In this document: piece after piece, positions 26,501 through 41,180 of the stretch | Layout of the letters: every line of letters starts with the position of its first letter | Numbering within the stretch: the stretch's first letter is position 1 | NCBI GenBank assembly: GCA_047495785.1 | Contig: JBLDXI010000064.1 | Coordinates: forward strand, 372,001 to 436,000 | Reading direction: 5' to 3' | Origin: Lepidodermella squamata | Lineage: Eukaryota; Animalia; Gastrotricha | Length of the DNA stretch: 64,000 bases | The notes under the pieces: generated by a model | Databases searched by the model: none | What the model was told of the DNA's origin: nothing | Seen by the model: only the letters and a program-made list of their open reading frames with translations | Program-made: the position numbers and the translations under genes

Positions 26501-29436
26501 AAAAGTGAATGGCGAAGAAATCTGGTTTTAAACCTGCTACATTTGTCATTGCGATGTACTCGCAACGCTGTCCGCAGCGTGATTTACGTTTAAAAACAAC
26601 ATGTACGCACGTTGTTCGCACACGCGAACACGCGGAAATTTCACAGCTGCGGTTGAACTGTCAAACGTAATATAGAAGTGTCCTATATCATTAGAAATGG
26701 CGAAGAATTCTGCACATTTTCATCATTTAACCATAAATAACTGATGCAGTGCGCGATATCGGTGCCAGAAAAAGTGTTTGTTCGCAAAATAATTAATAAT
26801 TACCGCGCGCGCACCGCATACACATGCACACGCATTTACACCAAGTGCACAGTGAACTACATGTTAAACATCTGTAGTATTTTTTTACCAGCGTTAACCT
26901 GTAGCTGTGTCGACATGTTTCATAAAAAAGTGAATGGCGAAGAAATCTGGTTTTAAACCTGCTACATTTGTCATTGCGATGTACTCGCAACGCTGTCCGC
27001 AGCGTGATTTACGTTTAAAAACAACATGTACGCACGTTGTTCGCACACGCGAACACGCGGAAATTTCACAGCTGCGGTTGAACTGTCAAACGTAATATAG
27101 AAGTGTCCTATATCATTAGAAATGGCGAAGAATTCTGCACATTTTCATCATTTAACCATAAATAACTGATGCAGTGCGCGATATCGGTGCCAGAAAAAGT
27201 GTTTGTTCGCAAAATAATTAATAATTACCGCGCGCGCACCGCATACACATGCACACGCATTTACACCAAGTGCACAGTGAACTACATGTTAAACATCTGT
27301 AGTATTTTTTTACCAGCGTTAACCTGTAGCTGTGTCGACATGTTTCATAAAAAAGTGAATGGCGAAGAAATCTGGTTTTAAACCTGCTACATTTGTCATT
27401 GCGATGTACTCGCAACGCTGTCCGCAGCGTGATTTACGTTTAAAAACAACATGTACGCACGTTGTTCGCACACGCGAACACGCGGAAATTTCACAGCTGC
27501 GGTTGAACTGTCAAACGTAATATAGAAGTGTCCTATATCATTAGAAATGGCGAAGAATTCTGCACATTTTCATCATTTAACCATAAATAACTGATGCAGT
27601 GCGCGATATCGGTGCCAGAAAAAGTGTTTGTTCGCAAAATAATTAATAATTACCGCGCGCGCACCGCATACACATGCACACGCATTTACACCAAGTGCAC
27701 AGTGAACTACATGTTAAACATCTGTAGTATTTTTTTACCAGCGTTAACCTGTAGCTGTGTCGACATGTTTCATAAAAAAGTGAATGGCGAAGAAATCTGG
27801 TTTTAAACCTGCTACATTTGTCATTGCGATGTACTCGCAACGCTGTCCGCAGCGTGATTTACGTTTAAAAACAACATGTACGCACGTTGTTCGCACACGC
27901 GAACACGCGGAAATTTCACAGCTGCGGTTGAACTGTCAAACGTAATATAGAAGTGTCCTATATCATTAGAAATGGCGAAGAATTCTGCACATTTTCATCA
28001 TTTAACCATAAATAACTGATGCAGTGCGCGATATCGGTGCCAGAAAAAGTGTTTGTTCGCAAAATAATTAATAATTACCGCGCGCGCACCGCATACACAT
28101 GCACACGCATTTACACCAAGTGCACAGTGAACTACATGTTAAACATCTGTAGTATTTTTTTACCAGCGTTAACCTGTAGCTGTGTCGACATGTTTCATAA
28201 AAAAGTGAATGGCGAAGAAATCTGGTTTTAAACCTGCTACATTTGTCATTGCGATGTACTCGCAACGCTGTCCGCAGCGTGATTTACGTTTAAAAACAAC
28301 ATGTACGCACGTTGTTCGCACACGCGAACACGCGGAAATTTCACAGCTGCGGTTGAACTGTCAAACGTAATATAGAAGTGTCCTATATCATTAGAAATGG
28401 CGAAGAATTCTGCACATTTTCATCATTTAACCATAAATAACTGATGCAGTGCGCGATATCGGTGCCAGAAAAAGTGTTTGTTCGCAAAATAATTAATAAT
28501 TACCGCGCGCGCACCGCATACACATGCACACGCATTTACACCAAGTGCACAGTGAACTACACGTTAAACATCTGTAGTATTTTTTTACCAGCGTTAACCT
28601 GTAGCTGTGTCGACATGTTTCATAAAAAAGTGAATGGCGAAGAAATCTGGTTTTAAACCTGCTACATTTGTCATTGCGATGTACTCGCAACGCTGTCCGC
28701 AGCGTGATTTACGTTTAAAAACAACATGTACGCACGTTGTTCGCACACGCGAACACGCGGAAATTTCACAGCTGCGGTTGAACTGTCAAACGTAATATAG
28801 AAGTGTCCTATATCATTAGAAATGGCGAAGAATTCTGCACATTTTCATCATTTAACCATAAATAACTGATGCAGTGCGCGATATCGGTGCCAGAAAAAGT
28901 GTTTGTTCGCAAAATAATTAATAATTACCGCGCGCGCACCGCATACACATGCACACGCATTTACACCAAGTGCACAGTGAACTACATGTTAAACATCTGT
29001 AGTATTTTTTTACCAGCGTTAACCTGTAGCTGTGTCGACATGTTTCATAAAAAAGTGAATGGCGAAGAAATCTGGTTTTAAACCTGCTACATTTGTCATT
29101 GCGATGTACTCGCAACGCTGTCCGCAGCGTGATTTACGTTTAAAAACAACATGTACGCACGTTGTTCGCACACGCGAACACGCGGAAATTTCACAGCTGC
29201 GGTTGAACTGTCAAACGTAATATAGAAGTGTCCTATATCATTAGAAATGGCGAAGAATTCTGCTCATTTTCATCATTTAACCATAAATAACTGATGCAGT
29301 GCGCGATATCGGTGCCGGAAAAAGTGTTTGTTCGCAAAATAATTAATAATCACCGCGCGCGCACCGCATACACATGCACACGCATTTACACCAAGTGCAC
29401 AGTGAACTACACGTTAAACATCTGTAGTATTTTTTA
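23581..29436. repeat. 425-bp tandem array 2, ~13.8 copies
   Basis: 425-nt periodicity. Confidence 0.97.
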
Positions 29437-30472
29437 GGCTGAACTTTCTCAGCAGCGCGACCACAACGAGACACAGCGATTAAACGATTTCCTTGGTTTA
29501 TTTCACTTAAATCTCTTTCGGCATGTGACAATCGATATATTATCTCTTGTTATATTCACGAATGATGAAAATGGGCAATTGTTTTTAGGCATTCTTCGGC
29601 ATTCTTTCAGCATCGGAAGAAAGTGTATTTCACCGTGAAATAAATCAGTCCAGCATCGGAAGATCGTCGTTTTCAACAGCGTTGTTGGCTGTTCGGCTCG
29701 GCTGTCGCTCGGCTGCGTCGGCTGTGTCGCCGACATCAGGTTTAAGGTAAATCACTCGGACATTCGCACCGATCACCCAGTAAACGTTGTCTAATACTGG
29801 ATCAACGCGGGCTGGAAGTGAAACGACGGCACCTCCGGCCAATTCGACGTCAACGAAACAGTTATTATCAGTCATTTAAGATTCTAAATGTCAAATGTTG
29901 ATTAGGTATAATTATAATTAAAATATATTAATTAATTAAAATATATATACGGATATTTTCATTACGGATGAGTGAATAAACAGGATTGTAAATAGCTGTA
30001 CTAATAAAGCTCAATAAAATACTGCAATAATATTCACTAAAAGTAATGCAACAATGCCGAGTGAACACGAGTGACTATAACCTGAGGATTACGTATTGTT
30101 CTTTGAAATAAGATCAATCGTCTTTCTTATCCGCACCAGTACTTTCCGTTACAGCGTCATTTCATCGACTACAGCGACTGCGAGCGTAACCGTCGGAGCA
30201 CTTTCGGCGACGAGTCGGCGATGTGTAACGGTCGGCCACTGCATAACTGCGCAATGCGTAATGGGACAGACAGTTATCCCAACTCAGACGATCATTTCTA
30301 ATTATGCGCAATTCTATCACTATTTGAATTTCAACGCAGCTTTCTTCTTGAAATTTTTCTTTGCTATAATTAACCAATTGATTTAACCTCACCTCATGTT
30401 CTATTTATCAAATAGTTACCAGCTTTTATTGAAAAATACTCAACGTTCAGTCTATGGCTAAACCGGAAGAGT

Positions 30473-31606
30473 ATGTTTTTAAAAAATTGGGACCAAGTTA
30501 ATAACAATATGTCTTACTGCAGCTATTCATTAGTTGGCATGTATCTAAAAACAAACAAGCTTGCCCGTGCTTCTCAAGAAGTCAACGTCGAATCTCGCCG
30601 TATCAGTCTCGACTCCGTCCCAGCCGAACCGGTTGATGGTCAGCGCATCGAGGGTATACTACTATTGTCAAAACGTCGCAGTGCTGATCAAAGCCGACCT
30701 AAAGCCACCGCGACTGGTTTGAACCCCAGGGCTTCGAGCGCTCCACGAGTTGAAAATGCCTACTTGAGATTCATGGTTTTTGGGTGAGTTAATTAACGAT
30801 GAAGTTGTATGCCATTTCTAAGTTTTTTTTCTCCTAGATGTGTCGATGAAAGCGACGAAGCATTTGTTGTCGTCGTGAAAGACACACCGGCTGGTCGTCT
30901 AGCGCTGTCGTTCGGCGATCAAATAACGCCTGGGGCTCGGCTGTCAATTAGCAACCCAGTATCCGTAAGCCGGTGGAAAACGATGAAAGTCATTGGCACT
31001 GATTGCCTTGTTCCTGCGGTTTCGCCTGTCCCCAGAAGCGTTGTCGAGCTCCCGTTCGAAGGCATCCCTCTTGCTGAGCGATTTCACGCCTTTCGCGCTG
31101 ACATCGATGAATTGGAGGTCATGGAGGTGGCTTTTTGCACTGCATGCGGCCGAAGCTGTGATGGCAGGTATGGCACCTGTTGCAGTTGTGTCGGCGGTTT
31201 TCGCTTTGTCACCATCAAGACGCTGCCTGGCATTCGCGTGAAAGCGACGGCTTTTCGTGGTCTCAGCGCTGCTGTCTACTATTCTGTAGAACTTGCCCGC
31301 CGCTTGGTTCCCGAGCAAGTTCTTCAAGGCGACTGCGACTACGGCATCGTGACTCGCCACATTCGCCGGTCGATCGAGGCGCACCGCGGCGGTTTTCGAG
31401 CTATTTTCTGGGCCAAACCGGCGAAAGCACCGGATTCTGATGTGCCGTCGTTTCATCGGATCCACATCGCACGCCTTATTCCCTTGGGTGACCCGCTCCC
31501 GATGCTAGCGATTGGTGATGCTGTTGTGCCGCCAGTGCCTGCTGAGCGAGTTTTTGAAGCTGCGAACGACAATCAGCTGCCTGCAGATGGTACCGCCACC
31601 GTCTAG
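30473..31606 (+). CDS. Second copy of the Cys-cluster accessory gene (intron 30784-30837)
   Basis: Translation identical to 20182-21315. Confidence 0.6.
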
Positions 31607-31910
31607 GCCAATAATTTTGAGAGTGGATTAAACTCCTCATAAGCCTCATAATCGCCTTGTTGGCAGCATTTGTTCAGAATTTTCGTCCTGTTTGTATTTT
31701 ATGTGCGCAATTATGTTATGTTCTAGTAGCGTGTTAGTGAAATGCAGGCGTAATACCTCCATATTAATTGTTAATCAAAATAAAAATTTCAAATCTGTAC
31801 AAGATCACCTTCGTTTTACTTATTCGAACAAAGCTTCCTCAATGAGCCAACAACAAGGCTTCACCGGTTACCAACAAAGCTACAAAAAACGCAACAAAAC
31901 ATGAAGGCAT

Positions 31911-32844
31911 TCAGAGAGATTCGTAAAATGCAGGCAATTTTTCTGCGACTTCAATTAGGTGGGTACGCAGCCTATTAAAAATGTGCTGAGGAATTGAGCA
32001 ACAAAGAAATTTCTGATGGTATTTGTAAGCTTCATAGGTGCACATCATCGAATAGCACCACGTGCGGCCCCAACCATACCGCTCGTTCAACTGCTTAGTG
32101 AATGCGCTGATAGCCATCTTCGGGTTCTCCTGTTTAAGGCGAGCTAGGGCTTTGCCAAGATTGAAAGCTTGATGAAGCTTCGCTGATTGTAGCGAAGCTA
32201 GGGCCTTAATGCCAGCCTGGACAAACAGAACTGTCTCTTCCTGGGAAGACGATGGATGCAGTTCGACGACCTCAGCATCCGCGTAAGGAATTAACGATCG
32301 AGTTTTCTCAACAAGAAGTTTGACTTCCTCGGGGCTGCCCAACGCATAATCGACACCTCTAATCTACAATTCCGAAAGTCAAATAATCATAAAATCGATT
32401 GCCATGGTTTGCCCAAATTTCTCAAATTTAAGTCAACAAATAATCAGATCGAAGTTAAATTACTTTCACCGAAGTCAGACGTTTCCCGCGCTTCGCTCGA
32501 TTTGCCTTGGTCGAGGTCTTGCTCGCTCGCTGTTTTCTGGAGCTGCTGGCCGCTCCGGCTGGGGAAGATGAAGTGTCGGATTCGATATCGGCCCCTTCGT
32601 CGATCGCAGCTATGAAGCGTTTAGCCGTTTTCACGACTTTTGATATTTGATTGTTGCACTGTTTAAGGCGGCTAACTTCCTTAGCGAACGCGATAAATTT
32701 TGGCATATTTGCCACGATTCGTTTTTCTTTCTCGGATTGAATTTCCATTGGTGACGACGGCGGTGACGGCGAGTCACACTGGCGATCTGCACTAGAAAAG
32801 GATTCTTGATCTGACTGGCTCATCTCAGTGTCACTTTTATCCAT
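31911..32844 (-). CDS. Element-borne two-exon gene (~277 aa) of unknown function; basic low-complexity N-half, helical C-half
   Basis: ORFs 32844-32455 and 32342-31911 are joined by a phase-0 intron 32463(GTAATT)-32364(TGTAG). It converges tail-to-tail on the Cys-cluster gene. Confidence 0.6.
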
Positions 32845-33070
32845 AACTGTAATATTCTAAATAGGTAATACATTGAATTAGCCATCGACCGAGTAATACT
32901 AATCAGCGAAAAGTGCGAATACTTCTTGGGGATGTTTGTGCTTTATCTGCAACGGTATCAAATGTAGCGAACAGGCGGCGCTATACAACGTCAACATCGT
33001 CAGCAGGTGCTCGCCTCAAATGAATCATTTTATCGCCGTCTGTGCATTGTATGCATTGTATTTATAGAGG

Positions 33071-36000
33071 TTTAAAACAACATGTACGCACGTTGTTCGC
33101 ACACGCGAACACGCGGAAATTTCACAGCTGCGGTTGAACTGTCAAACGTAATATAGAAGTGTCCTATATCATTAGAAATGGCGAAGAATTCTGCACATTT
33201 TCATCATTTAACCATAAATAACTGATGCAGTGCGCGATATCGGTGCCAGAAAAAGTGTTTGTTCGCAAAATAATTAATAATTACCGCGCGCGCACCGCAT
33301 ACACATGCACACGCATTTACACCAAGTGCACAGTGAACTACATGTTAAACATCTGTAGTATTTTTTTACCAGCGTTAACCTGTAGCTGTGTCGACATGTT
33401 TCATAAAAAAGTGAATGGCGAAGAAATCTGGTTTTAAACCTGCGACATTTGTCATTGCGATGTACTCGCAACGCTGTCCGCAGCGTGATTTACGTTTAAA
33501 AACAACATGTACGCACGTTGTTCGCACACGCGAACACGCGGAAATTTCACAGCTGCGGTTGAACTGTCAAACGTAATATAGAAGTGTCCTATATCATTAG
33601 AAATGGCGAAGAATTCTGCACATTTTCATCATTTAACCATAAATAACTGATGCAGTGCGCGATATCGGTGCCGGAAAAAGTGTTTGTTCGCAAAATAATT
33701 AATAATCACCGCGCGCGCACCGCATACACATGCACACGCATTTACACCAAGTGCACAGTGAACTACATGTTAAACATCTGTAGTATTTTTTTACCAGCGT
33801 TAACCTGTAGCTGTGTCGACATGTTTCATAAAAAAGTGAATGGCGAAGAAATCTGGTTTTAAACCTGCTACATTTGTCATTGCGATGTACTCGCAACGCT
33901 GTCCGCAGCGTGATTTACGTTTAAAAACAACATGTACGCACGTTGTTCGCACACGCGAACACGCGGAAATTTCACAGCTGCGGTTGAACTGTCAAACGTA
34001 ATATAGAAGTGTCCTATATCATTAGAAATGGCGAAGAATTCTGCACATTTTCATCATTTAACCATAAATAACTGATGCAGTGCGCGATATCGGTGCCAGA
34101 AAAAGTGTTTGTTCGCAAAATAATTAATAATTACCGCGCGCGCACCGCATACACATGCACACGCATTTACACCAAGTGCACAGTGAACTACATGTTAAAC
34201 ATCTGTAGTATTTTTTTACCAGCGTTAACCTGTAGCTGTGTCGACATGTTTCATAAAAAAGTGAATGGCGAAGAAATCTGGTTTTAAACCTGCTACATTT
34301 GTCATTGCGATGTACTCGCAACGCTGTCCGCAGCGTGATTTACGTTTAAAAACAACATGTACGCACGTTGTTCGCACACGCGAACACGCGGAAATTTCAC
34401 AGCTGCGGTTGAACTGTCAAACGTAATATAGAAGTGTCCTATATCATTAGAAATGGCGAAGAATTCTGCACATTTTCATCATTTAACCATAAATAACTGA
34501 TGCAGTGCGCGATATCGGTGCCAGAAAAAGTGTTTGTTCGCAAAATAATTAATAATTACCGCGCGCGCACCGCATACACATGCACACGCATTTACACCAA
34601 GTGCACAGTGAACTACATGTTAAACATCTGTAGTATTTTTTTACCAGCGTTAACCTGTAGCTGTGTCGACATGTTTCATAAAAAAGTGAATGGCGAAGAA
34701 ATCTGGTTTTAAACCTGCGACATTTGTCATTGCGATGTACTCGCAACGCTGTCCGCAGCGTGATTTACGTTTAAAAACAACATGTACGCACGTTGTTCGC
34801 ACACGCGAACACGCGGAAATTTCACAGCTGCGGTTGAACTGTCAAACGTAATATAGAAGTGTCCTATATCATTAGAAATGGCGAAGAATTCTGCACATTT
34901 TCATCATTTAACCATAAATAACTGATGCAGTGCGCGATATCGGTGCCGGAAAAAGTGTTTGTTCGCAAAATAATTAATAATCACCGCGCGCGCACCGCAT
35001 ACACATGCACACGCATTTACACCAAGTGCACAGTGAACTACATGTTAAACATCTGTAGTATTTTTTTACCAGCGTTAACCTGTAGCTGTGTCGACATGTT
35101 TCATAAAAAAGTGAATGGCGAAGAAATCTGGTTTTAAACCTGCTACATTTGTCATTGCGATGTACTCGCAACGCTGTCCGCAGCGTGATTTACGTTTAAA
35201 AACAACATGTACGCACGTTGTTCGCACACGCGAACACGCGGAAATTTCACAGCTGCGGTTGAACTGTCAAACGTAATATAGAAGTGTCCTATATCATTAG
35301 AAATGGCGAAGAATTCTGCACATTTTCATCATTTAACCATAAATAACTGATGCAGTGCGCGATATCGGTGCCAGAAAAAGTGTTTGTTCGCAAAATAATT
35401 AATAATTACCGCGCGCGCACCGCATACACATGCACACGCATTTACACCAAGTGCACAGTGAACTACATGTTAAACATCTGTAGTATTTTTTTACCAGCGT
35501 TAACCTGTAGCTGTGTCGACATGTTTCATAAAAAAGTGAATGGCGAAGAAATCTGGTTTTAAACCTGCTACATTTGTCATTGCGATGTACTCGCAACGCT
35601 GTCCGCAGCGTGATTTACGTTTAAAAACAACATGTACGCACGTTGTTCGCACACGCGAACACGCGGAAATTTCACAGCTGCGGTTGAACTGTCAAACGTA
35701 ATATAGAAGTGTCCTATATCATTAGAAATGGCGAAGAATTCTGCACATTTTCATCATTTAACCATAAATAACTGATGCAGTGCGCGATATCGGTGCCAGA
35801 AAAAGTGTTTGTTCGCAAAATAATTAATAATTACCGCGCGCGCACCGCATACACATGCACACGCATTTACACCAAGTGCACAGTGAACTACATGTTAAAC
35901 ATCTGTAGTATTTTTTTACCAGCGTTAACCTGTAGCTGTGTCGACATGTTTCATAAAAAAGTGAATGGCGAAGAAATCTGGTTTTAAACCTGCTACATTT

Positions 36001-39000
36001 GTCATTGCGATGTACTCGCAACGCTGTCCGCAGCGTGATTTACGTTTAAAAACAACATGTACGCACGTTGTTCGCACACGCGAACACGCGGAAATTTCAC
36101 AGCTGCGGTTGAACTGTCAAACGTAATATAGAAGTGTCCTATATCATTAGAAATGGCGAAGAATTCTGCACATTTTCATCATTTAACCATAAATAACTGA
36201 TGCAGTGCGCGATATCGGTGCCAGAAAAAGTGTTTGTTCGCAAAATAATTAATAATTACCGCGCGCGCACCGCATACACATGCACACGCATTTACACCAA
36301 GTGCACAGTGAACTACATGTTAAACATCTGTAGTATTTTTTTACCAGCGTTAACCTGTAGCTGTGTCGACATGTTTCATAAAAAAGTGAATGGCGAAGAA
36401 ATCTGGTTTTAAACCTGCTACATTTGTCATTGCGATGTACTCGCAACGCTGTCCGCAGCGTGATTGACGTTTAAAAACAACATGTACGCACGTTGTTCGC
36501 ACACGCGAACACGCGGAAATTTCACAGCTGCGGTTGAACTGTCAAACGTAATATAGAAGTGTCCTATATCATTAGAAATGGCGAAGAATTCTGCACATTT
36601 TCATCATTTAACCATAAATAACTGATGCAGTGCGCGATATCGGTGCCAGAAAAAGTGTTTGTTCGCAAAATAATTAATAATTACCGCGCGCGCACCGCAT
36701 ACACATGCACACGCATTTACACCAAGTGCACAGTGAACTACATGTTAAACATCTGTAGTATTTTTTTACCAGCGTTAACCTGTAGCTGTGTCGACATGTT
36801 TCATAAAAAAGTGAATGGCGAAGAAATCTGGTTTTAAACCTGCTACATTTGTCATTGCGATGTACTCGCAACGCTGTCCGCAGCGTGATTTACGTTTAAA
36901 AACAACATGTACGCACGTTGTTCGCACACGCGAACACGCGGAAATTTCACAGCTGCGGTTGAACTGTCAAACGTAATATAGAAGTGTCCTATATCATTAG
37001 AAATGGCGAAGAATTCTGCACATTTTCATCATTTAACCATAAATAACTGATGCAGTGCGCGATATCGGTGCCAGAAAAAGTGTTTGTTCGCAAAATAATT
37101 AATAATTACCGCGCGCGCACCGCATACACATGCACACGCATTTACACCAAGTGCACAGTGAACTACATGTTAAACATCTGTAGTATTTTTTTACCAGCGT
37201 TAACCTGTAGCTGTGTCGACATGTTTCATAAAAAAGTGAATGGCGAAGAAATCTGGTTTTAAACCTGCTACATTTGTCATTGCGATGTACTCGCAACGCT
37301 GTCCGCAGCGTGATTTACGTTTAAAAACAACATGTACGCACGTTGTTCGCACACGCGAACACGCGGAAATTTCACAGCTGCGGTTGAACTGTCAAACGTA
37401 ATATAGAAGTGTCCTATATCATTAGAAATGGCGAAGAATTCTGCACATTTTCATCATTTAACCATAAATAACTGATGCAGTGCGCGATATCGGTGCCAGA
37501 AAAAGTGTTTGTTCGCAAAATAATTAATAATTACCGCGCGCGCACCGCATACACATGCACACGCATTTACACCAAGTGCACAGTGAACTACATGTTAAAC
37601 ATCTGTAGTATTTTTTTACCAGCGTTAACCTGTAGCTGTGTCGACATGTTTCATAAAAAAGTGAATGGCGAAGAAATCTGGTTTTAAACCTGCTACATTT
37701 GTCATTGCGATGTACTCGCAACGCTGTCCGCAGCGTGATTGACGTTTAAAAACAACATGTACGCACGTTGTTCGCACACGCGAACACGCGGAAATTTCAC
37801 AGCTGCGGTTGAACTGTCAAACGTAATATAGAAGTGTCCTATATCATTAGAAATGGCGAAGAATTCTGCACATTTTCATCATTTAACCATAAATAACTGA
37901 TGCAGTGCGCGATATCGGTGCCAGAAAAAGTGTTTGTTCGCAAAATAATTAATAATTACCGCGCGCGCACCGCATACACATGCACACGCATTTACACCAA
38001 GTGCACAGTGAACTACATGTTAAACATCTGTAGTATTTTTTTACCAGCGTTAACCTGTAGCTGTGTCGACATGTTTCATAAAAAAGTGAATGGCGAAGAA
38101 ATCTGGTTTTAAACCTGCTACATTTGTCATTGCGATGTACTCGCAACGCTGTCCGCAGCGTGATTTACGTTTAAAAACAACATGTACGCACGTTGTTCGC
38201 ACACGCGAACACGCGGAAATTTCACAGCTGCGGTTGAACTGTCAAACGTAATATAGAAGTGTCCTATATCATTAGAAATGGCGAAGAATTCTGCACATTT
38301 TCATCATTTAACCATAAATAACTGATGCAGTGCGCGATATCGGTGCCGGAAAAAGTGTTTGTTCGCAAAATAATTAATAATCACCGCGCGCGCACCGCAT
38401 ACACATGCACACGCATTTACACCAAGTGCACAGTGAACTACATGTTAAACATCTGTAGTATTTTTTTACCAGCGTTAACCTGTAGCTGTGTCGACATGTT
38501 TCATAAAAAAGTGAATGGCGAAGAAATCTGGTTTTAAACCTGCGACATTTGTCATTGCGATGTACTCGCAACGCTGTCCGCAGCGTGATTTACGTTTAAA
38601 AACAACATGTACGCACGTTGTTCGCACACGCGAACACGCGGAAATTTCACAGCTGCGGTTGAACTGTCAAACGTAATATAGAAGTGTCCTATATCATTAG
38701 AAATGGCGAAGAATTCTGCACATTTTCATCATTTAACCATAAATAACTGATGCAGTGCGCGATATCGGTGCCGGAAAAAGTGTTTGTTCGCAAAATAATT
38801 AATAATCACCGCGCGCGCACCGCATACACATGCACACGCATTTACACCAAGTGCACAGTGAACTACATGTTAAACATCTGTAGTATTTTTTTACCAGCGT
38901 TAACCTGTAGCTGTGTCGACATGTTTCATAAAAAAGTGAATGGCGAAGAAATCTGGTTTTAAACCTGCGACATTTGTCATTGCGATGTACTCGCAACGCT

Positions 39001-40292
39001 GTCCGCAGCGTGATTTACGTTTAAAAACAACATGTACGCACGTTGTTCGCACACGCGAACACGCGGAAATTTCACAGCTGCGGTTGAACTGTCAAACGTA
39101 ATATAGAAGTGTCCTATATCATTAGAAATGGCGAAGAATTCTGCACATTTTCATCATTTAACCATAAATAACTGATGCAGTGCGCGATATCGGTGCCGGA
39201 AAAAGTGTTTGTTCGCAAAATAATTAATAATCACCGCGCGCGCACCGCATACACATGCACACGCATTTACACCAAGTGCACAGTGAACTACATGTTAAAC
39301 ATCTGTAGTATTTTTTTACCAGCGTTAACCTGTAGCTGTGTCGACATGTTTCATAAAAAAGTGAATGGCGAAGAAATCTGGTTTTAAACCTGCTACATTT
39401 GTCATTGCGATGTACTCGCAACGCTGTCCGCAGCGTGATTTACGTTTAAAAACAACATGTACGCACGTTGTTCGCACACGCGAACACGCGGAAATTTCAC
39501 AGCTGCGGTTGAACTGTCAAACGTAATATAGAAGTGTCCTATATCATTAGAAATGGCGAAGAATTCTGCACATTTTCATCATTTAACCATAAATAACTGA
39601 TGCAGTGCGCGATATCGGTGCCAGAAAAAGTGTTTGTTCGCAAAATAATTAATAATTACCGCGCGCGCACCGCATACACATGCACACGCATTTACACCAA
39701 GTGCACAGTGAACTACATGTTAAACATCTGTAGTATTTTTTTACCAGCGTTAACCTGTAGCTGTGTCGACATGTTTCATAAAAAAGTGAATGGCGAAGAA
39801 ATCTGGTTTTAAACCTGCTACATTTGTCATTGCGATGTACTCGCAACGCTGTCCGCAGCGTGATTTACGTTTAAAAACAACATGTACGCACGTTGTTCGC
39901 ACACGCGAACACGCGGAAATTTCACAGCTGCGGTTGAACTGTCAAACGTAATATAGAAGTGTCCTATATCATTAGAAATGGCGAAGAATTCTGCACATTT
40001 TCATCATTTAACCATAAATAACTGATGCAGTGCGCGATATCGGTGCCAGAAAAAGTGTTTGTTCGCAAAATAATTAATAATTACCGCGCGCGCACCGCAT
40101 ACACATGCACACGCATTTACACCAAGTGCACAGTGAACTACATGTTAAACATCTGTAGTATTTTTTTACCAGCGTTAACCTGTAGCTGTGTCGACATGTT
40201 TCATAAAAAAGTGAATGGCGAAGAAATCTGGTTTTAAACCTGCTACATTTGTCATTGCGATGTACTCGCAACGCTGTCCGCAGCGTGATTGA
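33071..40292. repeat. 425-bp tandem array 3, ~17 copies
   Basis: 425-nt periodicity with a few shared SNP variants. Confidence 0.97.
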
Positions 40293-40727
40293 CTTTTAAT
40301 ATTTAGAAATCACCGCGCGCTCCCCACGATTCTGAAAATTCGAAAAAATAATGCGGCATAATTAGCACCCGAGCACCCGAGCCCCTTTTTATGCTCAATA
40401 CAATCTTATACTTCGAAAACTATCCGCCTTTTTTTTCAAAATATATATTTATCAAGGCGATTTGAATATTTGTGTAGCGTAATCTAGCTCCGTTTTGGAG
40501 TAAGCGGTTCAGTTGCTTTTCTTCCCGGAATCCCTTCCCGCGATACTAGATCCTACTTCAAGTTTTTAAATCCTCAATGTAAAATAGCAGTTCCGAAGTT
40601 ATTTCTCTTTATCTGCATTGACCTTCAAAAAGTTTCGTTTTTTGATTCCCGGATTGCGGACTCACTGACATTTCCATGTTTAGGTAATTTTGAAGTTATA
40701 CAAAGCCATCCTACTTGCAACGGGTAC

Positions 40728-41180
40728 ATGCAAACTCCTCAACCCATCGTTAACGGCGAGAGACATGTTGGTGAAATAGGTTCAGAAAGTTGTGCCAAAT
40801 CCGACGAAATCTGGCTGCATTCCCGGCACCATGAGGTTTCGATCATGACTTTCGTGTCTTCGCTTGGTACCACTGACACTTTGGCAGGTCTGAATGCGGA
40901 CATTTTCCACCAGGGCTTTACGTATATTAGCCAATCCGGGACTAATTCAGATGGACTTGATGAATGCGATTATTCTCGCCAAATTCAAGAGCTGATGGGA
41001 ACCCTCATGGTACCAACCTCGAAGATTTTCGACATGACTGGGACGCTGACGTACCACAACTTTCAAAATGAATACGATGCATTGCTGAAAGTTGAATTGA
41101 TAGTTGATACCACTGATTTTGATGATGTTAAGCGCTTTGTATCAATTTGCAGAAACCATAACTGCTCTAGTGATCTATAG
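40728..41180 (+). CDS. Possible small element-borne ORF (150 aa), unknown
   Basis: Open frame with protein-like composition in unique sequence; no recognisable motif. Confidence 0.3.
   Translation: MQTPQPIVNGERHVGEIGSESCAKSDEIWLHSRHHEVSIMTFVSSLGTTDTLAGLNADIFHQGFTYISQSGTNSDGLDECDYSRQIQELMGTLMVPTSKIFDMTGTLTYHNFQNEYDALLKVELIVDTTDFDDVKRFVSICRNHNCSSDL

Larger units (their letters stand above)
22441..32734 (+). repeat. ~10.3 kb tandem segmental duplication of ~12565-22443
   Basis: Same order of 392-bp repeat, 5' end, 425-bp array and unique block. Offsets are 9876 before the array and 10291 after it. Junction has tcg microhomology. Confidence 0.93.

Noticed and set aside
13893-40271. Dozens of 70-aa and 65-aa ORFs (MQCAISV.., MRVHRND..)
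   Set aside because: By-products of the 425-bp satellite: present on both strands, no motif, and not conserved in the homologous 392-bp unit.
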